Shown: positions 46,451-58,023, counted from the first letter of the stretch. The stretch is DNA of 64,000 nucleotides from an uncultured Eubacteriales bacterium (GCA_964507395.1 CAZDQE010000004.1:1048-65047), one strand, 5' to 3'. Notes: generated by a model not told the origin, from the sequence alone. Made by a program: numbers and translations.

Positions 46451-48835
46451 CTATAATTTTTTAAGCTTAGCATATGTTGCCATAATTTTCTTGGTGCTTG
46501 CCTTTTCAAAAGCAATTTCAAGAAAATAATCGCCACCCACAGGTTGAACGGAAAGAATCACACCTTTACCGAAAGCATTGTGCATAACAGCATCTCCGAC
46601 TTTGTACGTTTCCTTGCCGGAAGAAGCCGATTTTACAGGTGCAGTTTCTGTTTTAGACTGATAGTGCTTCGGAATTGTGTAAGATTTTTCTGTTCTTGTT
46701 TCCTGAGGTCGGAACATGATTTTCTGTGCAGTTGTAATACTGGTTTTTGAAACATTATCTATAAGCTCTGCAGGAATTTCGTCTACAAAGCGTGAAGGTC
46801 TGTTATGTGAAGTTGAGCCGAAAAGAAGTCTCGTTTTTGTTGCAGTAAGATACAGCTTTTCCTTAGCTCTTGTAATTCCAACATAAGCAAGCCGTCTTTC
46901 TTCTTCAACTTCTGAAGGAATGTACATTGACTGCTGACCGGGGAAAATCCCTTCTTCCATACCTGCAATAAACACACAAGGGAACTCAAGACCCTTTGCC
47001 GAATGCAGAGTCATAAGCGTTACAGTATCGGCTTCCGAATTATAATTATCAATATCAGTCATAAGCGATACTTCTTCAAGGAATGAACCGAGAGTTGCTT
47101 CTTCATTTTCTTCCTGATGTTTCACTAAGTTTGATGACAATTCGTTAAGGTTTTCAGATCTGTCAACATAAGTATCTTTATCTGCCGTTAATGATTCGAG
47201 ATAACCGCTTTCCGTCATAACAATCTGAAAAAGTTCATCAAGTCTCAATGTTTCTGCTTTCGCTCTGAAGGATTCAATCATACTTACAAATCCGCTGATT
47301 TTTCCTGCTGCACGTGAAATTGAAGGATAATCCTCTGCATTTTTAAGCACCTCATAAAGGCTGATACCCATACCGCCTGCAATTTCGAGAGCATGGTTAA
47401 TTGTAGTATCACCGATTCCCCTCTTAGGTTCATTAATAATTCTTCTCAGACGAATGTCATCAGCAGGGTTATTGATTACGGTAAGATATGCAAGTGCATC
47501 CTTAATTTCCTTACGTTCATAGAATCTGTGACCTCCAATAACACGATACGGCACAGCAGAACGCACAAGGGCATTTTCAATTGCGTTTGACTGAGAGTTC
47601 ATTCTGTAAAGGATCGTATGGTCTGACCATTTTTTACCGTCAGATACGTTGTCTATAATTGTATCTGCAATAAATCTGCCTTCTTCTCGCTCATCATAGG
47701 AAACTGAAAGTGTAATCAAATCGCCTTCACCATTATTTGTCCAGAGATTTTTACCTTTTCTGCCCTGATTATTTGCAATAACAGCGTTTGCAGCATCGAG
47801 AATATTTTGTGTTGAACGATAGTTCTGCTCAAGTCTTATAACTTTTGCGTTACTGTATCTCTTTTCAAATGACAGGATGTTTTCAATTGTAGCACCTCTG
47901 AATCGGTAAATACTCTGGTCATCATCACCAACAACACATATGTTTTTATGTTTTGCCGCTAAAAGTTCTGTAAGCCTGTACTGAACATGGTTGGTATCCT
48001 GATATTCATCTACCATAATATATTTAAACTTATTCTGATAGTAATCAAGTACTTCGGGACACTTTTCGAAAAGTCTTACAGTATTTACAATTATGTCATC
48101 AAAGTCCATAGCATCGGCATTTTTCAGCATCTGCTGATATTTTGAATAAGCACGTGAAATCATCTGCAATCTTATGTCACCGCTTGCGTTTTTGGCATAT
48201 TCCTCCGGCGAAACAAGAGAATCCTTAGCATGACTTATTTCTGACAAAACAGACTTGACAGGCAGCATTTTATCACTGATTTCAAGCTGTCTCATGCACT
48301 CCTTCATCATTCTTTTGCTGTCATCAGTATCGTAAATTGTAAAGTTAGAAGAAAAACCTATTTTATCTCCGTCACGTCTCAGAACTCTTGCACAGAAAGA
48401 GTGGAAAGTGCTTGCCCAGATATCCTCAGCCTGACTGCCTAAAAGATTAGACAGTCTTTCTTTTAATTCGCCTGCTGCTTTGTTAGTGAAAGTTATAGCA
48501 AGAATCTGCCACGGTTTAGCAGGATTTACTGCAAGCAAATCTTCAATATCAAATAAATCGGTAGTCTTTCCGTCAAGATAATCGCGCATTAATTGAATAT
48601 CACTGTCATTCACCGAAAAAGCACAATAATCAGAATTATACGCCTTACCAAATCTTATTAAATTATAAATTCTGTTAACTATAACCGTAGTTTTTCCGCT
48701 TCCTGCGCCAGCAAGAATAAGAAGCGGGCCGTCTGTATGAAAAACAGCTTCTTTCTGCATGGGATTCATTCTTGAAAAATCTTTTTCTATTATCTTTTTT
48801 CTGAGAGTTAAAAATTCATTCATTATGTTTTTCAC
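46451..48835 (-). CDS. pcrA: ATP-dependent DNA helicase PcrA/UvrD
   Basis: AGAGSGKT, TFTNKAA, VDEYQDTN, QNYRS, MTLHSAKGLEF and VGITRA motifs. C-terminal Tudor-like tail. Confidence 0.9.
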   Translation of the reverse strand: MKNIMNEFLTLRKKIIEKDFSRMNPMQKEAVFHTDGPLLILAGAGSGKTTVIVNRIYNLIRFGKAYNSDYCAFSVNDSDIQLMRDYLDGKTTDLFDIEDLLAVNPAKPWQILAITFTNKAAGELKERLSNLLGSQAEDIWASTFHSFCARVLRRDGDKIGFSSNFTIYDTDDSKRMMKECMRQLEISDKMLPVKSVLSEISHAKDSLVSPEEYAKNASGDIRLQMISRAYSKYQQMLKNADAMDFDDIIVNTVRLFEKCPEVLDYYQNKFKYIMVDEYQDTNHVQYRLTELLAAKHKNICVVGDDDQSIYRFRGATIENILSFEKRYSNAKVIRLEQNYRSTQNILDAANAVIANNQGRKGKNLWTNNGEGDLITLSVSYDEREEGRFIADTIIDNVSDGKKWSDHTILYRMNSQSNAIENALVRSAVPYRVIGGHRFYERKEIKDALAYLTVINNPADDIRLRRIINEPKRGIGDTTINHALEIAGGMGISLYEVLKNAEDYPSISRAAGKISGFVSMIESFRAKAETLRLDELFQIVMTESGYLESLTADKDTYVDRSENLNELSSNLVKHQEENEEATLGSFLEEVSLMTDIDNYNSEADTVTLMTLHSAKGLEFPCVFIAGMEEGIFPGQQSMYIPSEVEEERRLAYVGITRAKEKLYLTATKTRLLFGSTSHNRPSRFVDEIPAELIDNVSKTSITTAQKIMFRPQETRTEKSYTIPKHYQSKTETAPVKSASSGKETYKVGDAVMHNAFGKGVILSVQPVGGDYFLEIAFEKASTKKIMATYAKLKKL

Positions 48836-48950
48836 CTGTAAATTTTATTATCATCATATTTTATCATTTTCAGACAAATTATTCAATATAAATATTGAAC
48901 TAAAAGCAGTTTACTGATATAATATTTTTGATGTGAAAGGATGAGATTAA

Positions 48951-49568
48951 ATGAGATGTGTTATTGTCGGCGGTGCTGATATTGCAGATTACAATGAAAT
49001 CAAATCGTACATTAAATCAGATGATTACCTGATTTTTTGTGACAGCGGATTAAAGCACGCTAATGAACTCGGAGTTTCACCGTCATTAATCATTGGTGAT
49101 TTTGATTCTCATGAAAAACCGGATTCCGATATTGAAACTATAGTTTTACCATGTGAAAAAGATGATACAGACACCGTTTTTGCTGTAAAAGAAGCAGTCA
49201 AAAGAGGTTTTGAAGATTATCTTCTAATAGGTGTTGCAGGAAACAGACTCGACCATACGTTTGTCAACATTTCAATTTTAAACTATCTTTTTGAAAACGG
49301 AAAGAATGGTATAATAGTAGATGATTTTTCTGAAATGGAGGTTGTTGGAAAAGAAACTGCTTTTGTAAATGATACTTTTTCATATTTCTCTCTTGTCAAT
49401 ATGTTCGGAATCAGCGAGGGCGTGACAATAAAAAATGCTAAATACACACTTGAAAACGCGGTGATTACCTCTGAATATCAATACGCGACAAGCAATGAAG
49501 TTATAAAGGGAAAAACAGCAGAAATTACAGTTGATAATGGTAAACTTCTTTTAATAAAAGTAAAATGA
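48951..49568 (+). CDS. thiN: Thiamine diphosphokinase
   Basis: GDFDS, KDDTD, G..G.RLDH motifs. 205 aa. Confidence 0.85.
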   Translation: MRCVIVGGADIADYNEIKSYIKSDDYLIFCDSGLKHANELGVSPSLIIGDFDSHEKPDSDIETIVLPCEKDDTDTVFAVKEAVKRGFEDYLLIGVAGNRLDHTFVNISILNYLFENGKNGIIVDDFSEMEVVGKETAFVNDTFSYFSLVNMFGISEGVTIKNAKYTLENAVITSEYQYATSNEVIKGKTAEITVDNGKLLLIKVK

Positions 49569-49594
49569 GCAGTGTTTTGCACTGCTCATAATTT

Positions 49595-50779
49595 TTACCA
49601 TTTGACATCCCAGCGTGATGAAGCCTTTCCTGCACGAATGGAGTTGTCTTTTACAATTTTTTTCTTTGGCTGAGAATCCTTGACTTTTTCCATAAGGAAC
49701 TGCTTGTGGATTTCAGAATCAAACGGAATTTCTACTGTTTTTCCTGTCCAATCAGACAAATGTATTGCATTGGAAATCGTTAAACCACGTATTCCGTCAA
49801 CACCGGGAGAAATAAGCTTTTCGCCATACAATATAGAATTTGTAAAATTCTGCAGAATCTGATTGTGTGCGGAAACGCCGTAATCCTCAGGTATGTATTC
49901 AGAAAAATCACACGTAACCTTTGCTTTATAATCCTCCGAAGTGAATGTTCTGTATTCTGTTTCGGGAATATTATATTTCCACATACAAAGCTTTCCGTTC
50001 TCAATAACAAGCTTTGCTTTATCACAAGAAATTTCAAGTCTGTTCGTACCCGGATTTTCACCTGTTGAAGTAAACATCGCACCTGTAGCGCCATCAGGAA
50101 ATTCAAAAAATGCCGAAACATCGTCTTCCACTTCAATATCATGATATTTACCGTAGTAACAATGCGCAGTAACCTTTGTCGGCATACCAACTATCCACTG
50201 CAACAAGTCAATATTATGGGGACATTGATTTATCAGTACACCCCCGCCTTCATCTTTCCATGTTGCACGCCACGAACCTGAGTCGTAGTATTCCTGTCTG
50301 CGATACCAATTTGTAATAATCCACACAACTCTTTTGAGTTTACCTGCTTCACCTGAAGCAATTATTTCACGGGCTTTCCTGAAAATCGCATTTGTTCGCT
50401 GATTATACATAATTCCGAAAACCTTACCGCTTTTCAGGGCGGCTGCATTCATTTCTTCAACCTTCCGCACATAGACACCTGCAGGTTTTTCGGTAAGTAC
50501 ATTCAGTTTTTTCTCAAAAGCATCAATTGCAATAACAGGATGCAGATAGTGCGGAGTTGCAATAATCACCGCATCAATTTCGTTATCAGAAAGCAAGTCA
50601 GAGTAGTTTTCATATATGCGAACATCGGGCAGATTTTTCTCTGCCCATATTCTTTTTTGGGAATCAACATCACATACTGCATGCAAAACTGCACCGTTAA
50701 TTTTTAAATCATAAAGATTTTTTGCATGTGATGACCCCATGTTACCGATACCGACAACGCCGAACCTAACTTCTTTCAT
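49595..50779 (-). CDS. Gfo/Idh/MocA family NAD(P)-dependent oxidoreductase
   Basis: N-terminal Rossmann VRFGVVGIGNMGSSHA. EKP motif TEKPAG. Confidence 0.8.
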   Translation of the reverse strand: MKEVRFGVVGIGNMGSSHAKNLYDLKINGAVLHAVCDVDSQKRIWAEKNLPDVRIYENYSDLLSDNEIDAVIIATPHYLHPVIAIDAFEKKLNVLTEKPAGVYVRKVEEMNAAALKSGKVFGIMYNQRTNAIFRKAREIIASGEAGKLKRVVWIITNWYRRQEYYDSGSWRATWKDEGGGVLINQCPHNIDLLQWIVGMPTKVTAHCYYGKYHDIEVEDDVSAFFEFPDGATGAMFTSTGENPGTNRLEISCDKAKLVIENGKLCMWKYNIPETEYRTFTSEDYKAKVTCDFSEYIPEDYGVSAHNQILQNFTNSILYGEKLISPGVDGIRGLTISNAIHLSDWTGKTVEIPFDSEIHKQFLMEKVKDSQPKKKIVKDNSIRAGKASSRWDVKW

Positions 50780-50794
50780 AATTAAAAACGCCTC

Positions 50795-51412
50795 TTATAC
50801 TCTTGCTTTTTTAATATTTTCAACAAATGCTTTCGCATTAGCGGTAATGTCACCTTTTGTAAGACAACTGCCCGCACCAACTGCAACAGCACCGGCTTTT
50901 ATCCATTCACCTACGTTATCTGCATCAACACCGCCTGTAGGCATAATCTGTACCCAAGGAAGAGGACCTTTGATATCCTTGATAAATCTGGGACCACTCA
51001 GATCACCGGGGAAGAGTTTGAGAACATCAACACCTGCTTCCATAGCGGTTACAGCTTCTGTGATTGTGAGAACACCCGCCATTGAAGCTGTTCTGTATCT
51101 GTTACAAAGCTTCGTAACGTCAGGATTAAAATGGGGAGAAACAATATACTGTGCTCCTGAAAGCAGAGCTATTCTCGCAGTTTCACTGTCAAGGACGGTG
51201 CCTGCACCAAGCACTATTTCATCACCATATTTTTTAGCGAGGTCTTCAATTACATGGTGAGCAAAAGGAACTGAAAAAGTAAGTTCAATTGCATCAATAC
51301 CGCCTTCTATACATTTTTCAACGATATCAAATGCTTTTTCTGAGTTTTCAGCACGAACTACCGCTACAATACCTTTATCTTTAATTCTTTCAATTACTCT
51401 TTCTTTTGTCAT
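50795..51412 (-). CDS. eda: 2-dehydro-3-deoxy-phosphogluconate (KDPG/KHG) aldolase
   Basis: GIVAVVRA, GAGTV, KLFPG and PTGGV motifs. Start at the ATG at 51412 behind an AAGGAGG RBS. Confidence 0.85.
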   Translation of the reverse strand: MTKERVIERIKDKGIVAVVRAENSEKAFDIVEKCIEGGIDAIELTFSVPFAHHVIEDLAKKYGDEIVLGAGTVLDSETARIALLSGAQYIVSPHFNPDVTKLCNRYRTASMAGVLTITEAVTAMEAGVDVLKLFPGDLSGPRFIKDIKGPLPWVQIMPTGGVDADNVGEWIKAGAVAVGAGSCLTKGDITANAKAFVENIKKARV

Positions 51413-51425
51413 TTTTATTTCCTCC

Positions 51426-52253
51426 TTATACTCCTGAATATGCTGAGAAGCCGCCATCAATAGGAATAACTACACCTGTAATAAAGCTCGAAACACTGTC
51501 ATCAAGCAGGAATCTCACTGTACCCATAAGCTCATTCGCCTCACCGAATCTTCCCATAGGTGTTGCGTTGAGAATCTTATTTGTTCTTGCGGTCGGAGTG
51601 CCGTCTTCATTAAAAAGAAGTCCCCTGTTCTGATTAGTAACAAAGAATCCGGGAGCAATTGCATTTACTCTTACTCCTGAGTTTGCAAAATGCACTGCAA
51701 GCCACTGTGTAAGGTTTGAAACAGCAGCCTTTGCACCGCTGTAAGCAGGAATTTTTGTAAGAGGAGTATAAGCATTCATTGATGAAATGTTAAGAATGCA
51801 TCCTTTTTCGCCCATTACAAAATCCTTTGCAAAAACCTGTGTCGGAAGAAGGACACCCAGGAAGTTGAGGTCAAATACAAAACTGATTCCTTCGCTCTGA
51901 AGGTCAAAGAAAGAAACAACATCTTCCTTATCTATATCTTCAGGGTTGAAATATTCATTTGTTGTTGTACCTCTGGGATTATTACCGCCTGCACCGTTAA
52001 TGAGTATCTGACACTTGCCAAAAGCTTTGAGAACTTCATTATGAGCGTTTTCAAGGCTTTCTTTGTCAAGAACATTAGTTTTAACAGCGATGGCTTCACC
52101 GCCGTTTGATCTGATTTCAGATGCTAATTTTTCTGCAGTTTCAATATTGATATCAAGAAGTGCGACTTTATGCCCGTCCTTTGCAAGCTCAACTGCAAAA
52201 TTTCCGCAGAGGACACCGCCTGCACCCGTAATTACAATTACTTTTGATTCCAT
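51426..52253 (-). CDS. SDR family oxidoreductase, probably the mannonate/fructuronate reductase partner of uxuA
   Basis: TGAGGVLC (TGxxxGxG), NGAG, and YSGAKAA (YxxxK). Sits between uxuA and eda. Confidence 0.7.
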   Translation of the reverse strand: MESKVIVITGAGGVLCGNFAVELAKDGHKVALLDINIETAEKLASEIRSNGGEAIAVKTNVLDKESLENAHNEVLKAFGKCQILINGAGGNNPRGTTTNEYFNPEDIDKEDVVSFFDLQSEGISFVFDLNFLGVLLPTQVFAKDFVMGEKGCILNISSMNAYTPLTKIPAYSGAKAAVSNLTQWLAVHFANSGVRVNAIAPGFFVTNQNRGLLFNEDGTPTARTNKILNATPMGRFGEANELMGTVRFLLDDSVSSFITGVVIPIDGGFSAYSGV

Positions 52254-52265
52254 AATTCTATCTCC

Positions 52266-53306
52266 TTACTTTGACGATTTTTCTACAGCTTCAATCAGAC
52301 CTGTAAGATAAGTTGCACCAAGTGCTCTGTCAAACAAGCCGTAACCGTATCTGCCCTTTTCTCCCCAGATCATTCTGCCGTGGTCGGGACGCACATAGCC
52401 TTCAAAGCCGCTGTCATGAAGTGCCTTTACAATTTCATACATGTCAAATGAACCGCATGAACTCGGATGAGCCGTTTCCATAAACTGTCTGTCACCGAGA
52501 TGTTTGACATTTCTGAGGTGTGCAAAATGAATTCTGCCCTCATATTTTTTTATCATTTTTACAAGGTCATTCTTTTCGCTTGCCCCGAGAGAACCGGTGC
52601 AGAAAGTAAGACCGTTTGCGGGAGAGTCTACAAGTTTCAGGAATCTGTCAAGATTTTCTTCGTTTGTAATGATTCTGGGAAGCCCGAAAATACCCCATGG
52701 CGGATCATCAGGATGAATAGCCATTTTAACACCTGATTCCTCTGCAACAGGAATAACAGCCTCAAGAAATGTTTTCACATTTTCCCAAAGCTTTTCTTCT
52801 CCAAGCTCCTCATACTGTTTAAGAAGGTCTTTAAGCTGCTCTTTTGTATAGCTTTCGTCCCACCCGGGAAGTGAAAGCTCACTTGTAAGAGGATTCATAG
52901 AAAGAACGGTCTCCTCATCATATGCCAAGCCGTTTGAACCGTCTGCATGAATGTGTTCAAGCTCACTTCTAAGCCAGTCAAAAACAGGCATGAAGTTGTA
53001 GCAGATACATTTAACACCTGCTTCACCGAGCCTTCTGACGTTTTCACAATAGTTTTCAATAAGCTGAGGTGCTTTCTCATTTCCGAGTTTTATGTCCTCA
53101 GGAACAGGAACGCTTTCTACTACCTCAAACTCAAGACCTTTATCGTTAGCCTTTTTCTTAAGTTCGGCAATACTTTCCCTTGACCAGACACCGCCCGCAG
53201 GAACATCATAAACTGCTGAAACAATGCCTGTCATCATCGGGATTTGTCTGATATGGTCAAGTGTTACCGGGTCACTGTCGCCGTACCATCTGAATGTCAT
53301 TTTCAT
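52266..53306 (-). CDS. uxuA: Mannonate dehydratase
   Basis: [14 protein letters not shown]...IRQIP start and HPDDPP motif. 346 aa. Confidence 0.9.
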   Translation of the reverse strand: MKMTFRWYGDSDPVTLDHIRQIPMMTGIVSAVYDVPAGGVWSRESIAELKKKANDKGLEFEVVESVPVPEDIKLGNEKAPQLIENYCENVRRLGEAGVKCICYNFMPVFDWLRSELEHIHADGSNGLAYDEETVLSMNPLTSELSLPGWDESYTKEQLKDLLKQYEELGEEKLWENVKTFLEAVIPVAEESGVKMAIHPDDPPWGIFGLPRIITNEENLDRFLKLVDSPANGLTFCTGSLGASEKNDLVKMIKKYEGRIHFAHLRNVKHLGDRQFMETAHPSSCGSFDMYEIVKALHDSGFEGYVRPDHGRMIWGEKGRYGYGLFDRALGATYLTGLIEAVEKSSK

Positions 53307-53330
53307 GGTCTTTATCTCCTTTTGTATTAA

Positions 53331-54710
53331 TTATTCTTCAAGTTTGCTTTTAATATTATAATAGCAAATTCTTTCTGCAATTTTAACCGCGCTTTCAGCA
53401 GGGGCAAATTCACCGTTTTCAACAGCTTTTCCAAGTGCGGAAGAAAGAATTCTTCTGAAATAATCATGTCTTGCATAGGAAAGGAAGCTTCTGCTGTCTG
53501 TAAGCATTCCGTAGAATGTACCGATGGCTGCCGTTTCACTGTAAACTTCAATCTGCTTTTTAATGCCGCTTAAATTGTCACAGAACCACCATGCAGCACC
53601 GAGTGAAACATTTCTGAAAGAACGAATGCCAGTAGCAATTTCGTAGTAAACAGTAGGATTAAGAGTATATACAATTGTGTCAGGAAGCTTGTCTTCCTGT
53701 TCCATTTTATCAAGAAGAGCCGTAATTGCCGATGCCTTAATAGGATTACCGACACAGTCACCGCCAACATCTCTGCCAAGATTTTTGAAAAGCTTGGTCG
53801 AAGCATTTCTCTTAACTGCAAGATGAAGCTGCATAATGAGCTTATGCTTTTTATAAAGACCGCCTAGAAAAACATACAAGTCTGAAATAAACGCGTCATA
53901 TTCTTTCTCGGTGAGAATTTCACCTGCAAGAGCTTTTTTAAAAGCTAAATCCGCCTCTTCTTCACTGCCGATATACTCAGGGAATCTTTCGATACCTACA
54001 TCTGTCATATTGCATCCCATTGATGCAAAAAACTCAACCCTGTTTTCAAGTGCTTTTTTGAGAGAAGAAATATCGTTGACTTTGAAGCCTGAGCACTCAG
54101 AAAGTTTCTGAATATATTCTTTATAGCCGTCTGCAGTGTAAAGGAAAAGATTGTCAGTTCTGAAGGAAGGACAAACCTTTGCATTTATTGATAAATCCTC
54201 TGCAATAAGCTTATGATATTCAAGAGTATCAATTATATCGTCGGTTGTTGCAATATACTCTACGTTTGAATTTGCAATAAGCTTTCTCGGTGACATAGCG
54301 GTCTCTCTGATAACAGCATTTGCCTTATTCCAGATTTCTTCAGCATTTTCAGAAGTGAGAGGTTCATTAATTCCAAAGAACTGCTTCAACTCCATGTGAG
54401 ACCAATGATAAAGCGGATTGCCGAGAGCTAATTCAATAGCATCTGCATATTTTAAAAACTTTTCTTTCCATGTTGCATCGCCTGTAATATATTTTTCATC
54501 AATACCAACACTTCTCATAAGACGCCACTTATAATGGTCGCCGCCGAGCCAGATTTCACCAATGTTATCGAAAGGCTTATCCTCAAATATTTCTTTCGGT
54601 TGCAGATGACAGTGATAGTCAATTATCGGTAAATCCTTCACATCGTTATAAATTTTTTCTGCCGCGGTGTTTTCGAGAAAAACATTTTCTCCATAGAAGC
54701 TTTTGTTCAA
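53331..54710 (-). CDS. uxaC: Glucuronate isomerase
   Basis: LPIIDYHCHL, GNPLYHWSHMELK. 459 aa. Confidence 0.9.
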   Translation of the reverse strand: MNKSFYGENVFLENTAAEKIYNDVKDLPIIDYHCHLQPKEIFEDKPFDNIGEIWLGGDHYKWRLMRSVGIDEKYITGDATWKEKFLKYADAIELALGNPLYHWSHMELKQFFGINEPLTSENAEEIWNKANAVIRETAMSPRKLIANSNVEYIATTDDIIDTLEYHKLIAEDLSINAKVCPSFRTDNLFLYTADGYKEYIQKLSECSGFKVNDISSLKKALENRVEFFASMGCNMTDVGIERFPEYIGSEEEADLAFKKALAGEILTEKEYDAFISDLYVFLGGLYKKHKLIMQLHLAVKRNASTKLFKNLGRDVGGDCVGNPIKASAITALLDKMEQEDKLPDTIVYTLNPTVYYEIATGIRSFRNVSLGAAWWFCDNLSGIKKQIEVYSETAAIGTFYGMLTDSRSFLSYARHDYFRRILSSALGKAVENGEFAPAESAVKIAERICYYNIKSKLEE

Positions 54711-54728
54711 AGAAAACTCCCCTCTCTA

Positions 54729-56165
54729 TTAGTATTTTCTGCTCAGAAGCTTTTCAGCCTCTTCACGTGTAATTTTTTCTGCATTGCAGTCAGCCATAAC
54801 CTGCACATCTTTATCATTTAGCTTGTAGAATTTCCAAATAACCAGACCAATCAAACAACCGATTGCAGGAACCATTACGTAAACAAACCAAAGCACATCA
54901 AGTGCGTGGGAAGACTGAGTGATGTTTAATGATGACAATTCCTGGAAGTTTTCAACCTCAACAGAAACCCATCCTGTTGATTTAAGACCAAGAATGAACA
55001 TTCCGAGCGCACCTGAAATAGCAGCAGTGAGTTTAACCATAAATGTCTGAATTGCAAAGGTAATACCGTTTGCTTCAATACCGGATGTGTACTTACCGTA
55101 TTCTGCACAGTCAGGAGTAAACATAAACATAAGAACACCGTACACGCCCATAGGAACTGCACGAATAGTTGAAAGAATAATGTAAATAGCAATATGCTGT
55201 TTACCCGCAAGCCAGATAATAACGCTGAGAACTACATTCAGAATGTTACACCACATCATAAGCTTTGTCTTATCAATCTTTTTCAGCATTTTTGGGACAA
55301 GGAGTGAGAAGATAAGCTGAGGAGCAACACCGATTGCACTGACAACAAGTGCAAAAAGCTCATTATTGAAAATATAATATGAAACAAAAAGATTAAATGA
55401 AGAGCCTACGCTAAATGCGGAATAGAAGAAAAATCCGATGTAATAAATAAGCAGATATTTATTCTTAAACAGATAATTGAACATTTTTCTGATTGTAAAC
55501 GCTTCATCATCTACTGAGTTGAACCTCTCCTTGATATTAAACAAAACAGGCACCATTGTCACTACTGCAAAGATGCAGATAACAATTGCAACAACAGTAT
55601 AGTTTGAATTTACTTTTTCACTTACAAGAACAGAAGCAATCAGCGTAGTAACTGCAGTACCTACACCGCCCCAGATACTCTTATATGAAAGCATGCTGTT
55701 TCTTTCGTCCATGTTTTTGGTCATAGATGTAATTACACCATAAATCGGCACATCACATAAAGTGTAAGCAGTATCCCAACAGATATATGCAACAGCAAAC
55801 CAGACAAGTTTCAGCGTTTCACCGCTGCTCTTGGGTATAAAGAAAAGAAGCAGTGTTGAAATAGGAATAAGTACAGTCGATATTTTAAGCCACGGTAAGT
55901 ATTTTTTACCGCTTTTGAATTTTACCGAATCAAAAATGACACCGAAAATTGCATCATTTACAGCATCCCATACCTTAACCAAAAGCATTATTGTACCTGC
56001 TTTTGCAAGATTCACTCCCTGGAACATGAGGTATGTTACAAGGAAAGATGAAACAAGAGAATATATTGCATTCTGACCTGCAAAATAAATGTAATAACTC
56101 TTTCGTTCCTTTGAATCAGTTTCCCAACCAAGTGGAGTTTCTTTAAGCTTTTTTAACATTTTCAT
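54729..56165 (-). CDS. Glycoside-pentoside-hexuronide (GPH) family cation symporter
   Basis: 12-TM MFS-like layout with WDAVNDAIFG (GPH signature region). Confidence 0.8.
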   Translation of the reverse strand: MKMLKKLKETPLGWETDSKERKSYYIYFAGQNAIYSLVSSFLVTYLMFQGVNLAKAGTIMLLVKVWDAVNDAIFGVIFDSVKFKSGKKYLPWLKISTVLIPISTLLLFFIPKSSGETLKLVWFAVAYICWDTAYTLCDVPIYGVITSMTKNMDERNSMLSYKSIWGGVGTAVTTLIASVLVSEKVNSNYTVVAIVICIFAVVTMVPVLFNIKERFNSVDDEAFTIRKMFNYLFKNKYLLIYYIGFFFYSAFSVGSSFNLFVSYYIFNNELFALVVSAIGVAPQLIFSLLVPKMLKKIDKTKLMMWCNILNVVLSVIIWLAGKQHIAIYIILSTIRAVPMGVYGVLMFMFTPDCAEYGKYTSGIEANGITFAIQTFMVKLTAAISGALGMFILGLKSTGWVSVEVENFQELSSLNITQSSHALDVLWFVYVMVPAIGCLIGLVIWKFYKLNDKDVQVMADCNAEKITREEAEKLLSRKY

Positions 56166-57882
56166 TCACCTCTGCATTTTCATGCGGAACATTTGCTTTT
56201 ATCATTTCTAAAAGTTCATCAACGGTAACAAGAACAATATCATCATCAAGCTGATTTACAAAATACTCAAGATTTTCTATGCTCATTGACCATGGGTGAA
56301 CATTTATAACACTGTACCCGTTTATGGAATGAATATCTGCATCATAACTGTTTACAATCTCTGCCTGTTCATCAATCCATTCTTTAGTAACTTCATTCAT
56401 CTGATTACTCGGATGCCAGAGAGAAAGTCTTGCACTGACAAAAGGCTTATCATTCACAAAATAAACTCTGCCTTTGCCGCCGGCGTATCTGTCCGGATCA
56501 AGATAAATAACACCGCCTTTGATGTTATCGTATCTTGCATAATACTTAAAACTTTCAATCAACCTTGCTTCCTTCAGGGCGTTTTCAGGAAGGTTATCAA
56601 GGAACGAAACATATTCAAGGTTGCTTTTTAACATCAATGATGCCGTAATATCTGTAAATTCAGCTAAAGCTTTATATGGATATTCAGACGGATGAATATA
56701 TCCCGCACCTGAAACACCGGCAATAAAGTAATCGTTTACGGTTGAATCCCCGATTATTCTACTGTAAGTCAGCGGCGACATATCCTGCAAAATCGGAGGA
56801 AAAGTCCATGTCATCGGAAAATCAGTTTCAAGACTCAGCTTCTGATAGTATTCAGAAAAGCCGTTCTGAATCCACTGAACATTATCACCGTCGCTGAAAA
56901 GCAATGCACAGTAATGTTTAGTTTCGTCAGTATATGTTTTCGTTTCTTTATGTGCCTGTTCAGGCAAATCACATTCAAATGAAGTGATAAAACTATTATT
57001 GTAGCAGTGGTCAGACGGTATAACAGGGTTACCGTTTTCCGAGGCACCTGTCACGTAGCGCACTTCATCCTTTGCCCAACCTAAAACAAGGCAATTATCA
57101 CCAGCATATTTCAAGACATAATCTCTGAACCATGTGCCGTCTGCATCGTCATCCAGGTAAAAAGTAAAAAATCCCTGTTGAATTGCAAAATCTCGCAAAG
57201 CCTTCATGTTATAATTCTCGTGAACCACGGCATTATAATTGAATTCTTTTTTATATTTATTAAAAAACTTCAACTGAAAGTAAACATTATAATCGTCATC
57301 TGAAAAATCTTCTTTCAGTTGAAGGCCCGCATCAACGGCAAGCTGTTCAAGACTTTCAGGTACGGCGAGATAACCGTAAATCGTTGACAGGTTTGTTGCC
57401 ATATTAAGTCCTTCACCGCTTTCGCTTTCTCGGTAAAGAACATATCCTGAATCGCCGATATATGATTTGAATTTATCAAGAAGAGATTCTACAGTCCAGC
57501 GATCTCCGTTTTCATCAGTATAGACAAGAGCTATACCGCTTTTTTCAATTTCTGCGAGATAATAGTCATCAGTCGATACTGTTTTAATATAAATAGATGG
57601 CGATGTTTTAGCAACTATCCCCTGCAAAGATATCATCAGGTGAGCTTTATCTGTAGTATCAAGTACACTATTGTCAATAACATAAATGTTGTCCGGTAAA
57701 TCATACTTGCTGAAATTCACCGATATCTGCGCCAGTTCATCAGTATTCTTTGTGTCAGGAACTGAAGGTGTAATAATTCCGATAATTAAAAGAATAATTG
57801 ACATTAAGAAAGAAGCAAATGAATTTATCACGGAACCACCCCTACATTTATTCATTATAATATAAACTGAAAGTGAAATCAA
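56143..57882 (-). CDS. GxGYxYP family putative glycoside hydrolase with N-terminal anchor
   Basis: Contains AGVSGAGYIHPSEYP (GxGYxYP signature). N-terminal hydrophobic segment. The true start may be internal (ATG 57855 or GTG 57831 behind AGGGGTGG). Confidence 0.6.
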   Translation of the reverse strand: MISLSVYIIMNKCRGGSVINSFASFLMSIILLIIGIITPSVPDTKNTDELAQISVNFSKYDLPDNIYVIDNSVLDTTDKAHLMISLQGIVAKTSPSIYIKTVSTDDYYLAEIEKSGIALVYTDENGDRWTVESLLDKFKSYIGDSGYVLYRESESGEGLNMATNLSTIYGYLAVPESLEQLAVDAGLQLKEDFSDDDYNVYFQLKFFNKYKKEFNYNAVVHENYNMKALRDFAIQQGFFTFYLDDDADGTWFRDYVLKYAGDNCLVLGWAKDEVRYVTGASENGNPVIPSDHCYNNSFITSFECDLPEQAHKETKTYTDETKHYCALLFSDGDNVQWIQNGFSEYYQKLSLETDFPMTWTFPPILQDMSPLTYSRIIGDSTVNDYFIAGVSGAGYIHPSEYPYKALAEFTDITASLMLKSNLEYVSFLDNLPENALKEARLIESFKYYARYDNIKGGVIYLDPDRYAGGKGRVYFVNDKPFVSARLSLWHPSNQMNEVTKEWIDEQAEIVNSYDADIHSINGYSVINVHPWSMSIENLEYFVNQLDDDIVLVTVDELLEMIKANVPHENAEVNENVKKA

Positions 57883-58023
57883 TAAAAATAATAATTAAAT
57901 TATGATAAAATTTTGTCTTGTGATTAAAACATAATGAAAAAATCCCTCTTGCGGATTGCAAAAGGAATTTTATGTGTTTATCGTACAATTTTGCTACAGA
58001 AAGACAAATTGGAATTTGTTTGT

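Noticed and set aside
50739-51260. 173-aa + strand ORF, and many other 60-160-aa ORFs antisense to his, hisD, PBP, pcrA, uxuA, the Na/Pi transporter and others.
   Set aside because: All lie fully inside longer ORFs that have clear family signatures on the opposite strand. They have low-complexity or Ser/Pro/Thr-rich translations typical of antisense frames.
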